DNA of 64,000 nucleotides from Eledone cirrhosa (GCA_964016885.1 OZ024740.1:205468001-205532000), one strand, 5' to 3'; positions 49,653 to 62,942 are shown, counted from the stretch's first letter. The notes: generated from the sequence alone by a model not told the origin. A program made the numbers and translations.

Positions 49653-52600
49653 TGTGGGTATGGTGTGGTGTGCAGTGGCCGGAGGCTGGGGAGTGCTCGA
49701 CCGGAAGGGCCAGCAGGTCTGCCCCTCTCTAGGGTGGTCAGCGAATGTGGTGGACGTCAGTTTTGGAGCTCCCGGTTAACGAGTTGGATTGTACGCATGT
49801 GGGAGAGGAGAAACCAGCCATTGGATTAGCGGTGCCAGCGAAAGTGGTAAGTGAAGTAGCTTTTTCTAACCACCAAGCTATTTTGGCACTGGAAACAGAT
49901 CTGATTTATCAAAAAAAAGAACTTTCTCGAAAACAAAGCTACTGGAAACACAGAAAGGAGTCTGGTGTTTTTTATTACTTACCGCAGGACAAAATTAGGA
50001 TATGGCGACAAGATTATGAATGAGCGGAGAAGCGAATAGAGCATTTACCGGTGAAGGCGATGTTGTCGCTTGGCTGCGAAAAGTCCGGCTGTTTGCAAGC
50101 TTACAGAAGATAGAAGATGTGGCTGGCCTCATGGCACTGTACCTCGAGGGGGATGCGTTGGCACTCTTCCTAGAGATGGATAAACACAGCCAAAGGAATG
50201 CACAAAAGATTGAGAGGCGCATGATGGAAACGATCGCGGAAGGACCGTTAGCCGCTTTTGCTAAGCTGGCAAGGATTAGATGGAACGATGAAGGCATTGA
50301 CAATTTCGCAGCGGAAATACGGCGATTGGCCATGTTGGCTGGATATCAGGTGGAATGCGAATGCACGGTGCGGTTGGCGTTCATAAATGGATTTCCAGAC
50401 GACATAGCGGTGAAACTGCAGCAAGTCCCGGGTTACAAGGAAATGGAGATGCGTGCACTGGTGGAGCAAGCCCGCATCATAGCAGAAGATGCCAAGAAGA
50501 GTGTCGCGACGATAGCAATGACAGAGGCCCAAGGCAGCTGGCAGCGAAATGGTGAAAGGGAGGCAATCACGGCACGTGGTTGCTGTTTTAGGTGCCAAGG
50601 CCTGCACATGGCGAGAGAGTGTAGAGAGTCAAGGCTGGACAAAATATGCTACCGGTGTAAGCGACCAGGCCACATCGCTACTAGCTGCGACCAGGGAAAC
50701 GATCCAGGGGGAACTACTGCGTCACTAGCTGCCCCTTACGAGTAGAAGCGCTGCTCGTGGTGAAAGTTTTTGTGAGGGGAAAGCCACAGCGACCCCTCGT
50801 GGACACGGGCTGTACAACGACACTGGTGACCGCGGGGGTGGCGCAGAGGTGGAGAGGGAAGAGCAGCGTAAGGGCAGTCGATGGTAGGAAAATTGAATGC
50901 TGAGGTCGCAGTGAGGTTGAGATGGCGGTACGGAGAAAGAAAATAAGGCTTTCTGCCATCGTAGTCAACAACGTGGTGGATGAGATTGGTGTTGTTATGG
51001 GCATGGACGCAATTGGCCGTCTAGGAGGCGTCACAGTGAACAACGTCGGTGTGTCGTTTGGCAGTGCCGCATAGGTATGCGCTGTGAGTATGCGACAGGA
51101 GAATCAGAAGGCCCGCGAGGAGAAATATCCCACTTACACTGTACAGGACAAAGACTTCAAGGCTGTGTTCGATGGGCAACGATGGGTTGTTGAGTGGTAC
51201 TGGAAGGGAGAACCACCAACACTGAAGACCAAAGTGGGCTGCTATCAACACACATTGAAGGGAGACATTAGGAGCGAGAGGTAGAGAGATGGATTGAGGG
51301 GGGCATACTGCTTCCCTGGAAAGAGGAGGTGAAGTGTGGAGTATTGCCGTTAATGGCAGTGGTGCAACCCACGAAGAACAAGGTGAGGCCGGTACTGGAC
51401 TTTCGGGAGCTGAACGAGCACGTATCATGCCACACGGGTAGCGAGGTCACGGATGTTTCAGGGGAAACCCTGCGTGAGTGGAGACGCATGACGGGGGCTT
51501 CCGCAATCGTCGATTTAAAGTCGGCATACTTACAATTACACATAGATGAGAAGCTCTGGCAGTATCAGCTGGGCAGGTATAAGGGCTCGACATATTGCCT
51601 GACCAGGCTCGGTTTCGGGCTGAGCTCTGCACCGAAGATCATGGCGGAAGTCCTCAAGACTATTCTGGGAAAGGCCGACAAGATGAAGAGGGCCACTAAT
51701 TCCTACATTGACGACATCCTAGTGGATGAGTCTGTAGTGTCGGCGGCGGAGGTCACGAGCCATTTACAGGGGTATGGACTGGCTGCGAAGCCGTCAGAAG
51801 CGTTGGAGGGAGGAGCCGCGCTGGGACTTAGGCTATGGCGAGACAGGACGGGCGTGTTAGTATTCCAGAGGGGAAATGAAGTTCCAGAACTGGGCCCAAG
51901 TATGAGTAGGCTGGAGCTTTTCTCGGTGTGTGGAAAGTTGGGGGGTCACTACCCGATTGCTCGGTGGCTCCGGACGGCATGCAGCTATGTCGAGAGACGA
52001 GCGGGCGGGGTGACTTGGAGTGATAGACGGTGGCCATGATGCAGGAGATCGTGGAGAGGGTGAAGGCCGACGACCAAATGCTGGGAAACTGGTATGTTCT
52101 CAAATTGCAGAGCAGGGCCGTATGGTGTGATGCAAGCAGCATAGCGCTGGGTGTCACGTTGGAGAGAGGTGTTGAGGTCGAGGATGCAGCCTGGCTTAGG
52201 AAGAAGGACGATTGCAACCACATCAATGTGGCCGAACTGGACGCGGTGTTGAGAGGGGTGAACCTCGCCATGAGGTGGGGACTGCGCACCATCGAGATTC
52301 GCACCAACTTGGCTACTGTACTTGGATGGGCAAGATCAGTGCTCACCAGTGCGAAGAGAGGGGCGGCAGAGATGCTGATAAAGCGCCGCCTGGGAACTTA
52401 AGGAGAGCTGACCACCAAGTTCGACCTGCGGCTGAGTGTAGAGAAAAATAGGGCGGACGTTTTAATCAGGGTAAAGAAAGGCTGGATGGAAGCGCCGGAG
52501 GATGTAGAAGAGGAGATAGCTGCCGTGTCGGATCTGAAAGGTTTGCATGACATGCACCACATGGGAGTGGATAGGACCCTGTTCCTAGCCAGGAGAATCG

Positions 52601-53729
52601 ACTCGGACGTTAGCAGACACAGTGTTCAAAGAGTGGTTAGCGGCTGCGTCCGATGTCAGTCGATTGATCTTGCCCCGGGTGTGCACGAAGCGGGAAGCGA
52701 TTGGCGGTGGATGTAACACACTACCGACAAGGAACATACCTCTCAATGGTCGACTGTGGACCAGGACGGATGGCGATATGGAGGGAGATGAAGACTAGAA
52801 TGGCCGAGAAAATGACGCGGACATTGAGAGAGGTGTTCTTGGAGTGGGGCCCTGTGGACGAACTGCTGATGGACAACAGCGCAGCGTTCCACTCAGAGGC
52901 GCTGAGGGAGATGCTCGATGGATGGAAGGTGGACCGTTTCTTCAGAGCAGTGTACAGGCAGAGCGGAAATGGAATCGTGGAGCGACAGCACCGGACAATC
53001 AAAGCAATGGCGGAGCGGGGCCACATCTCACCAATGGAGGCAGTGTTCTGGTACAACATGTCTCCTCGGGTGGGATAGGTTGAGGAATCGGTGCCACACA
53101 GAACAGTATTCAGATACGAGTGGTGGCACCCGTGCACGCCACCACAACGGCCAGCGGGGAGAGAGAATGCATTCGTGCAGGTGGGCGAAGAAGTCTGGAT
53201 TAAACCCCCAGATGCATGTTGCACATCTCAATGGGGAAGGGGAACGGTGACGGCCATAAATTCCCAGAACAATGTGTCCGTGGACGGAGTACAACGTCAT
53301 GTCCTGGATGTCCATAGAATTACTGTGTCAACGGACTCCGAGGAAGAGGAATTCCAAAGTGCCGCCCCAACACTGCGGAGATCGCAAAGAAGTCGCAAAC
53401 CACCAACCTGGACAGTATACTTTCACATGCAGCAGGACGAGGGGGAAATTGATCCTTGAGATCAGGGGTGGGGGGGCGTGTAGGTATGGTGTGGTGTGTG
53501 GTGGCCGGAGGCTGGGGAGTGCTTGACCGGAAGGGTGCTTGACCGGAAGGGTACTCGACCGGAAGGGCCAGCAGGTCTGCCTCTCTCAGTGGTCAGCGAA
53601 CATGGTGGACGTCAGTTTTGGAGCTCCCGGTTAACGAGTTGGATTGTATGCACGTGGGAGAGGAGAAACCAACCATTGGATTAGTGGTGCCAGTGAAAGC
53701 GGTAAGTGAAGTAGCTTTTTCTAACCACA
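49653..53729 (+). mobile_element. Ty3/Gypsy LTR retrotransposon, structurally complete, pol decayed
   Basis: LTRs 49653-~49874 and 53479-53729 (TG...CA), perfect 5-bp TSD GATAC, PPT 53464-53478, possible PBS TGGCGAC at ~50003. Domain order gag - PR (LVDTGC) - RT (YIDD) - RNase H (WCDAS) - integrase. Confidence 0.95.
50020..50745 (+). CDS. gag: Gypsy Gag with two CCHC zinc knuckles
   Basis: Open 241-aa ORF containing CFRCQGLHMAREC and CYRCKRPGHIATSC. Confidence 0.85.
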   Translation: MSGEANRAFTGEGDVVAWLRKVRLFASLQKIEDVAGLMALYLEGDALALFLEMDKHSQRNAQKIERRMMETIAEGPLAAFAKLARIRWNDEGIDNFAAEIRRLAMLAGYQVECECTVRLAFINGFPDDIAVKLQQVPGYKEMEMRALVEQARIIAEDAKKSVATIAMTEAQGSWQRNGEREAITARGCCFRCQGLHMARECRESRLDKICYRCKRPGHIATSCDQGNDPGGTTASLAAPYE

Positions 53730-53745
53730 GATACAATGAAAGATA

Positions 53746-55051
53746 CGAGGGGGGATCAAAAAGTTCGCGGAATTTTTCAGAAAATATTCTATTTTTCAAA
53801 AAATATGATTTACCTTCAATTTATTTTTCTACATAGTTGCCATCCAGGTCAATACACTTCACAAGGCGATGCTTCCAGCTTCGAGAGCCGTCTCTAAAGA
53901 AAGTTGAAGGCCTTGTTCGAAGCCATGTGTTGGCAGTGTTTTTAGCTTCTTCAACACCACTAAAACGGGTTCCTTTTAGCATTTCTTTGAGTTTTGGAAA
54001 GAGGAAAAAGTCTGATAGGGCTAAATCTGGACTATAAGGCGGGTGAGGAAGCACTTCCCATCGAAATTCTCGAAGAACTTCTTTTGCAACCCGCGCAGAA
54101 TGCGCTGGTGCATTGTCATGGTCAAACAAGATACCACCATGAAGTTTCCCTTTTCGTTTCTTGACTAATGCCTCTTTCAGTTTCCTTAAAACATTTGCAT
54201 AGTAAGCTCCTGTCACAGTTCTTTGACCTTCAAGATAATCTATTAGTATCACCCCATCTGAATCCCAGAAAATGGTGGCCATCACTTTTTATCCGACTTT
54301 TGAGATTTGAACTTGATTGGCCCCGATAATCCACGCGGAAGCCACTGTTTTGACTGCTGTTTGGATTCAGGATCATACTGATAGATCCAGGTTTCATCTC
54401 CGGTGATGATTCTGGTCAGGAAATGCTCTTCATCAACTTCAATTTTGTTTAATATCGCCAAAGACAGATCACTTCGAAGAATCAGCTGATCAGGGCGCAA
54501 CGCTTTTGGGACCCATCGCACTGAAAGCTTGCTTAGTCCCAAATTATCGTGCAGAATTAAATTTGCCGAACCATATGAAATGTCGAGGGACTTAGCTAAC
54601 TGATTAACTGTTATTCTTCGATCTTCTTCAAAGTCTGAGCAGCCTCAACGTTTGATCATTTTTTGATGTTCCTAGTCTTCCACTGCGATGGTCGTCTTCA
54701 AGGTCGTCTCTCCCTTGTTTGAATTGCTGAATCCACTTGTAGACAGCAGTTTTCTTTGGAGCAGTAGTACCGTAAACTTTAACTCAAGCCTCCATAATCT
54801 GTGTCCCTTTCCATTTGAGTTTCACCAGAAACTTGATATTCGATCTTATCTCAAAATAACTATTTTCCATTGTTCCAAAAAGAGGTTTTTTAAAGTGTGT
54901 TAGTACTGTACAATAGTCCACGCATAACTGACTACAAGTGACTAATAGCAAGGTAAACACCCAATGACAATGTTCTGACATGTTTAATATTGTTTTAACC
55001 TATTTTTTTCTTACTACGATAAAATTCCGCGAACTTTTTGATCCCCCCTCG
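53746..55051 (-). mobile_element. Full-length mariner (DD34D) transposon, frameshifted transposase
   Basis: About 30-bp TIRs CGAGGGGGGATCAAAAAGTTCGCGGAATTT with TA TSD; WVPKAL, TGDETW, HDNA-34 aa-D and YSPDLA motifs in ORFs 54282-54542 and 53821-54285. Confidence 0.95.
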
Positions 55052-55814
55052 TATATTCCTTCAATGCTACAATATTAAAGAAAATGTAAAGGAAGGGGTG
55101 AACAACGGAGCCAACACCAGAGCAAAAGACAGCAATGTCGCAAGTACTGGGCAACCTCTCTAATGATTTTTGAGGCAAGCCAGCACACTCGCAGCGTTGC
55201 CTCGGGTGATGGCGAATGTTATGTATATCTTTTATATTTGTTATATGATAATTGTTTCTACTTTTGGCACAGGCCAGCAATTACCCAGTGCATTACTGGT
55301 ACTTCATTTTATTGACTCCATAAGGATGAAAGGCAAAGTTAACCTCGGTGGGATTTGAACTCAGAATGGCAAGGGCCGTAACTCTATGCATCAAAGCATG
55401 GTGTCCGACCCTCTACCGATACTGCCAATCCACCACAATAATAAATGTTCTTTAGAAAAAAAAATATAAAGATGTTTATGCTATATAAACCCCCGCCCCA
55501 TCAATTCACTACCAAGTGCAACAATTGGCCACACACCACAAGGGTATTTTATTTTAGCGACGAAGAATTAACGTTTGTATCGTCATATTTATATGTAAAA
55601 TCCTATGCACTTGCCTATAAAAATGCCAATATGTTCATAAGTTTGTTTTATAAAAACAAAACAAAAAATCCTGTAAATGATGGTAGTTTGCCAATGACTT
55701 AACTCTTTCGTAACCCATATTTGGAATAGAATATACTGCCTATACTTCTCAAATTATATTTGGAGAGATTTAGTAATATAACTAACTTGCTCATTATTCA
55801 GCTAGCGTTTAGAG

Positions 55815-56131
55815 CAGGGGTGTGCAACATATTCCATTGGCGGGCCACTTTTGAACATTGGAACAACTATTAGAGCCATTAATATTTATTAAGCACTATT
55901 CCCAAGATTCACCACAACTTCTTTCCATGACATGGAACTGGGAAATTATAACACACCATCCTTCCAGTGAAGCGCTTTAGTATAGGTCAACTAATAGAAA
56001 ATGGTATTACGGTTACGAAAAAAATTCTAAATAAGCCTACAAGGTAAAAATTGAAAACGGTCATCGCGGGCCACTCTGACTGGCCTGGCTGGCTGGATTG
56101 TGGCCCACTGGCCGCCTATTGCACGCCCCTG
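55815..56131. mobile_element. hAT MITE
   Basis: TIRs CAGGGG(T/C)GTGCAA; perfect 8-bp TSD GTTTAGAG; GCGGGCCA subterminal motifs. Confidence 0.88.
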
Positions 56132-56523
56132 GTTTAGAGCATAGTTTAACAAATATTAGATAGATATATGCACTTTAAAATATACAACATTGTATCAAAA
56201 CTTTTATTCACAGTGGTATAAAGAAAATAAATTATTTTACTCATAATTTTTTAAATTATAGTTCTATAAATTTACAGTAGAATTATGTTGCAAATATGTT
56301 TTAAATATATACATAAATAACATAACAAATGAATAGATAACACCCAAAATTGTTTGCAATTCGTTCAGAACGACAAATATGTCTAAACCGTGTATAATAA
56401 CACAATAATATAAATTCCTGAACAAAAATGATAAAGGAAAGAAAGAAAAGAAAAGGGAGAGGGAAATTCACCACCAAGTGTGACAATCTATAACACCTCA
56501 CACCTTGGGGGTTAACTGTACAC

Positions 56524-56630
56524 TTACACGGCCGCAACATTACCATGGGTGATGGCGAGGCTAAGGCGCTGAAATAACCAGACACCCTCACGGGCATCAC
56601 CTGGCACCTCAGTAAGGCAAGCCGCGAGTG
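56524..56630 (-). mobile_element. 3' end remnant of a CRE-clade (RLE endonuclease) non-LTR element
   Basis: Minus frame LAACLTEVPGDAREGVWLFQRLSLAITHGNVAAV* resembles the QR(I/L)S.AI.RGN C-terminal motif of CRE-like elements. Confidence 0.6.
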
Positions 56631-57149
56631 AAGACAAGAACTTCGTTGTCTCACAATTCTTTCAGGATGAAAATATAAACACATAATAAATATAATTAAC
56701 TATTGCTAAGAACCTGTAGCGGATACAATATGGTAGGAAGAATAGGATGAGAGTATAATATAACAATATGAACTTACTATGCGTATGTGTGTGTGTGTGT
56801 GCCTATTCTTAGTTTATCTTATTCTCATAGTAGTAATGGCCAATCTCTCAGGCAGGCATGATTGGCTGTCTGGCTGCGAAGGTAAGCCAGTGAGAGCCAG
56901 GAGAAAGATAAGGTGAAAGGTCTACTGACTCCACATAGTTATCTTCTTGACTGCTGCTTCGATTTTCCCCTTCTTCCCTCAGTCCTTGTATTTATAATAA
57001 GTGCTAAAGTTAGAAGGATAGATATATAATCTGACCTGTGGTTAGCATCTCCCAAGGGGTTGGGGTCACAGGTCAAATGAAATGTCATCCATGATCGTTG
57101 ACAGGACAAAGGCAAGAATTTCCAACGATTGAGTGTCCCAGAGGCGGGA

Positions 57150-57780
57150 AAGCTTTCTCCATTGAGATGTGCAACGCGTATTTGGGGGCTTGACCCATAC
57201 CTCTTCGCTCCACTCATACAAATGTGCTCTCTCTCTCCACTGGCTGTTGTGGTAGCATCCACGAGTGTCGCCAATCGTATCTATATATTGCCCTGTGCGG
57301 CACCGACTCCTCGGTCTGTCCCACCCAAGGAGACATGTTGTACCAGAACACTGCCTCCATTGGCCAAATGTGCCCCCTTTCCGCCATGGCCTTGATCATG
57401 CGATGGTGTCTCTCCACAATCCCATTTCCATTCGGCTTGTATGCCGCTCTGAAGAAGCGGTTCACCTTCCAATTGTCAAGCATTTCCCTTAACACCTCCG
57501 AGCGAAACTGCCCCTCTCGTTCACACCTTCTTCTCACTGGTAAGCACTGATCTCACCCATTCGAGTCAGTGCGGATTTCTATGGTGCGCAGCCCCATCTC
57601 AGGGCGAGATTAACTCCCCTCAGCACATTATCCAGTTCAGCCAAGTTGATGTGGTTTCAGTCCTCCTTATTCCTGAGCCAGGCTGCATCCTCGACCTCGA
57701 TGCCTCCTATCTCCAGAGTGACCCCTAGTGCTATGCTGCTGGCATCAAACTATACGATGCTGCTCTCTGATTTGAGGGCG
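57150..57780 (-). mobile_element. Gypsy RNase H / integrase fragment related to the 49653-53729 element
   Basis: FRAAYKPNGNGIVERHHRMIKAMAER...EAVFWYNMSP and DASSIALG...EDAAWLR motifs. Confidence 0.88.
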
Positions 57781-57832
57781 TTTGTTTATATTTTGTTATT
57801 GTGTATGCCAAAAATATCTGTACAAGAATATA

Positions 57833-57884
<52 letters not shown>

Positions 57885-57895
57885 TAACAGATTAA

Positions 57896-57946
57896 AGTTT
57901 AAGCAAAGAATCGCTGCTTTCACCCATAACGGGATCTTCTGAAACT
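57896..57946 (-). ncRNA. Type I hammerhead fold with CAGAAGA core variant
   Basis: AGTTT-CAGAAGA-tCCC gttat GGGt-GAAA-GCA gcgattctt TGC-TT-AAACT, next to a TA tract. Confidence 0.6.
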
Positions 57947-58585
57947 AAAAAAATCAATCTGTGAACGCAGAAGTAAATATTTCGAAAAACATTGCAACCG
58001 AAGGAAAACAGGAAGACGATACTTTGGTTTGTGAAGACGTTCCCTGGCAATGCATGGAAAATAGGGAACATAATATGTCAGCAATGATCAGAATATATAT
58101 ATATACACACTATATATATATATATATATATACACACACATACAGATAGTGAAGTCATAATGTCGTAATGCAGACAGCCAGATTATAAGGGCGCGACATT
58201 ACCAGCGCCTAATGCGGTCCCTAGAGCATTGAAATTTTGAAATATTTTTTGCTCGAAACACTCACAGTATTACATGTGTAAAGTTTGAAATCAATCAGTT
58301 GGGTGGTTCTCGAGTTTTAGGGAGTCAGACAGAGAGACATTCTCTGTTTTAGATATATAAATAAACACTTTAAAAGAAAGAGCTTTGTATCATGTAACCA
58401 GGAGGGGAGGGGGGTCAGGTGGTATGGTATTGAGTGTTAATATCAGATTTACACACAAGTTTGAAACTGTAGCTATGTAATGTCTTCTTAGTTTTTCACT
58501 AACCCAAGTAAGACAGAAAACATTTAATTTAATATTTAGAAATATTGGACAAACATCAACCATGATTCTATGTCAGCTTTCTATA

Positions 58586-58823
58586 ATGGTATAGGTTGGA
58601 TAGACTGTCGTGGTCTGAATCAGTTCTTATTCAGAGTTACTGTCTGTTAGAGGGGTTAGAGACCATATCTTTATGATGGTATAGGTTGGATAGACTGTCG
58701 TGGTCTGAATCAGTTCTTATTCAGAGTTACTGTCTGTTAGAGGGGTTAGAGACCATATCTTTATGATGGTATAGGTTGGATAGACTGTCGTGGTCTGAAT
58801 CAGTTCTTATTCAGAGTTACTGT
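58586..58823. repeat. 90-bp tandem repeat, about 2.6 near-identical copies
   Basis: ATGGTATAGGTTGGATAGACTG... starts at 58586, 58676 and 58766. Confidence 0.9.
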
Positions 58824-59289
58824 TCTGAGACCATATCTCACTTTTACTGGGGTTAGAGACTATATCTCACTTGTACATTCCATTTTTGTTTTGGATTCTA
58901 CAGCTGAATACCCTCACAGCAATCACTTTACAGCGTATACTGGATGCATTTTATTGTTTACCCAGATGCCTTACCTTATTTCATATAATTAGTTGCTCTT
59001 TTGACCAGACTAGGTTACTAGACACCTTTATTCTCATGTCTACTTTTGTATGTAAGAAGTCATAATTTGGTAACAGAAAGTTATAATACATTTCTCTTTT
59101 TCTATATTTTCTTTCTATTAATATACAAAAAACAAATAGATAATAAAATAAGTACTGAGGTCAATATGATTGACTAAATCCCTTCAAGGTGGTGCCCCAG
59201 CATGACAACAGTCTAATGACTGAAACAAGGAAAAAAATAATAATTAAGTGTTTAATTTCTGATGATGGGTTCAGTAAAGAATAAATCAT

Positions 59290-59590
59290 GACTTCTTCTT
59301 TCCCCACCTATTCCTGAGAGGGTCGAGGGGCAGAGTCCTCAAACACTCCTTCCAGTGGGTCCTGTCAGAAGCAACCATCTCCAACTGATCTGGCTGGACC
59401 TCCAAGCGAGACCAGCCAAGCTCATGGATGTTATCCAACCCTCTTGCTCGGGTCTCTACCCCTGGGTATCCTGCCAGTTAGTTTTGCCCGTAAAATCTGT
59501 CCAGCAATTCTTTCCTGAGACATTCTAACCACATGTCCATAGTAACGGAGCTGTGATCTCTCAATTCAGAGAAGTAGCGGCTTTAGCTGG
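59290..59590 (-). mobile_element. RTE-clade 3' end (another family)
   Basis: Minus frame QLRYYGHVVRMSQERIAGQIL...GRIPRGR; (AAG)n-like tail. Confidence 0.75.
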
Positions 59591-61747
59591 AGTGATTTTG
59601 ATCCCCAAGCTACACACTCTATCGAGTAATGTTACTCCAAGACCCTTTGGAGGAACCCCATTTTGGCGGTTTGTATTCATGATTGTATTCTTTCATCATT
59701 ACCCAAGATTCATGACCATATGTAAGGGTGGCATGAATATTGAATTCAGTAATCAGAAGAAGAGAGGTAAGTGTAAAAGCCAAATTCGCTAAATCATAAC
59801 TAGTTTTGGTATAATAGTGAGGGTATGATTAGTTTTATTAAAACTATATTTAGCCTCAGAAATCTACAGTAAACAAGCTGTCAAAACAGAAAAAAAAAAG
59901 AAAGAGAACTTTTAAAAGAATTACTAATGGTTACTAAGTTGGGTTGGCATGTATTAGGTCAGTTGTATGTTTGAAGAGATCTATGAAGGTTTAACTAAAA
60001 AAAATAATAGAAAAAATTAAGCAGTCATAATTTAATTGTTTCAGAATTTGTAAGCTATAGAATCAGCAGCTGTTATGTTAATTTTTATTCAAGGTAACAA
60101 TCATCATTGTCATCATCATCATCATCATTGTCATCATCATCATCATCATCATCGTCATCACCATTTAACAACCATTTTTCCACGCTAGATGGGTTAGATG
60201 AGTTGTCCTGTTGTGAGAAATGCTAGGTATGGTGACCGTGTTTTGCTTGTACAGAACTGATTTTGGCTTGGTTTCTACAGCTGGATGCGCTTCCTAACAA
60301 CAACCACATTTACAGTGAGTACTGGGTGCTTTTTGTTGTGAAACCTACATGACCACTTTAGAGTGTGGGCTGGGTGCTTTTTGCCATGTCGCCATCACAA
60401 CCATTTTACAGTGTGGCTGGGTGCTTTTTGCCATGACCACTTACATTTAATATCTGTTTTCTTTGCTGTTGTATAGGAATAAATGTAAGCGAGATGCAGA
60501 GGATTCAGATTCTACAGTGCACTGGGTGCATTCTATTGTGGGACCAGTATAATGGAGGTTGTGAAGTTTTTTGTCACAGCTAAAGAGTCCTCCCAGCCCT
60601 TTGTTTGGCTGGTTTTCTATGGCTTGATGCCCTTCCTATCATCAACTACTTTACAGAGTGTACTGGGTAGATCTATCGCATAAATCACTAACACAGGAGA
60701 GGTTGTTGTGCCCTTGGCACAACTGAAGAGCCCTTTTGACTTTTTTTGAGTATTGTTTATACAGCTGGGTGCCCTTCCTATCATTGACCACCTTACAGGG
60801 AACCATTTTAATTTAAAAACTGTCCCATCTTCTTGTGGATTTTGGTAGAATTACTTTTAAGTGCTGCTAAGTTTATAGCATAAAAAAAGGAAAGAAATCA
60901 ATATTCAGATTGGACCAAGGAAAGTGTGTTTCCATTGCTCTTTCTATTGCTGTTACTATCTTTTGGTTGCAACTCCTGGCAGAAGTATTACTTTTTTTTG
61001 GTGACAGGTGGTAGGATTTGAATTTAGACTGCACAAAGCTGAAATGATACTATAAGGTATCTGGCATTTTAGCAAGTCTACTAATTTACCACTAGTTCTT
61101 TAGCTATTGATCCCCAAAGGATGAATGGAAAATTTAACCTCTGTAGGATTTGAACTCAGAGCGCAGACAGATGGAAGAAATACTAATTAATATCATCTGC
61201 AAGTTAGCAGCAAACAGCTGGTAATGAGAATAGTATCTGGTACACTGAAATCTACACCTAATCACTGACTGTCTACCCTTCTCAGTGAGTAGGTGTAGGG
61301 TTCAAATCCCGCCGAGATTTGCCTTTCATCCTTACGAGGTCGATAAAATAAAGCACCAGTAAATCAGTGGGGTTGATTTAATCGACCCCCACCCTCTAAA
61401 AGTTGCTGGCCTTGTGCCTATAGTAGAAATCATTATGATTATAGTAACAACAATAAATACAACAACAACAACCATCACAATGATCATATGATGGTGGTGG
61501 TGGGTGTTTTAATGCACCTTTATTAATGGAATAAACCTTCATCAGTTTCAATGAGTATATCAGTTGTTTAATCAAAACAACAGTCTGTTCATGAAATTAA
61601 CATGTAAGTGGCTGAGCAGTCCATACATATGTACACTCTTAATGTTATTCTCAGGTAAATTCACTGTGACATAGTGTGTGACAAGGTTGACCCTTTAAAT
61701 TACAGGTACAGTCCATCTGACAGGCTTCCAAACAGTTTCCATCTACC

Positions 61748-61936
61748 TAGTGCCGGATTTAGGACAAATGATACCCTGTATTAGTAAAGTTATGAGGCCC
61801 TTTACTCGCGCCCTAAAGGAGATAGGCCTGGTAGGCCTACACAGGCAGTCAGGCATACATGCAGGAAGATGGGTCCATCTAGCCAATAGGGCCCTGTGCT
61901 TAAGCACATCTAAGCACAATGGTAAATTCAGCATTG
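61748..61936. mobile_element. Degenerate hAT-type MITE inserted in a SINE
   Basis: Imperfect TIRs TAGTGCCGGATTTA / TAAATTCAGCATTG; near-TSD CATCTACC / TATCTACC. Confidence 0.55.
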
Positions 61937-62942
61937 TATCTACCCAAGTTCACTTGCAATGCTTTTGTTAACAGCAGGCTATGGTAAATGATACTTGCCC
62001 AAGATGCCATGCAGTGGGATTGAACCTAAGACCTAATTGTTATGATGCAAACTTCTTAACCATTCAGCCGTGTTGTATCTATACCTTTATAGTTACAGTG
62101 TAGATCAGTGTTAGCTTATCTTATGGCTTGATAACATCATAAGTGTTACAGTTCAAGGCTTTATACAAATGGTTTTAAAAGGACAGTTAACAGTGTTTAT
62201 GATAAAAGGGGTTTATTTTATCTTTATCCCATTGTAGATTACTTAGAGTTTCAGAAATTTATATCAATGTATATTATATATATTATACTGTAACATCAAA
62301 AGTATTGTGTGTCATCATCATCATCATCACCAAGATTTTGATGATGATCATCATCATGAAACATCCATTTTTTCCATACTGGCATAAGTTGGATGACTCG
62401 TTACAGACTAAGTCATTGCTTAATTGGAGTTACTGTTCTCCCAGATAGGTTGTGGGGTGGCAGTAGTGGTGGTGGGGCTTGTCTTACACACATGCCCTTC
62501 ATATCACCAACCACTTTACAGAGTGTACTGGGTGCATTTTATCATGGCACCAGAACTAGGGTGGTTGTTATATTCTAGAAACAACTGATGAGTTCTCTCA
62601 GAATGTACTAGATGCTCTTCCTAATGCCAACCACTTTACAGAATGTACTGGAGACATTTTTTTGTGGCACTGGCACGATGGAGGTTGTCATGTCCTTGGA
62701 ACAACTGTTCTTTTTGGCATAATTTCTGTGGCTGGATGCCCTTTCTAACACCAACCACTTTACATAGAGTGTGTACTTGGTACATTTTATTGTAACACCA
62801 GCCCTATGGAGGTTGACATGTCCTTGATTTGGCTGAAAAGATCTTCCATTAATGTCATGATATCCTCTGAGAGTTTTACTGAAATGATCAATGTTCTTAG
62901 AGAACATGAAACATTTCTAACTAATCAGTTTCATAAGTTTAG

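Noticed and set aside
50714-50745. H-type pseudoknot (CTACT/AGTAG) after the slippery site
   Set aside because: The connecting loop of about 3 nt looks too short; a simple stem-loop is the safer call.
56715-56935. TG...CA-bounded segment as a possible LTR of the minus-strand Gypsy fragment
   Set aside because: No second LTR, no clear adjacent polypurine tract and no TSD verified.
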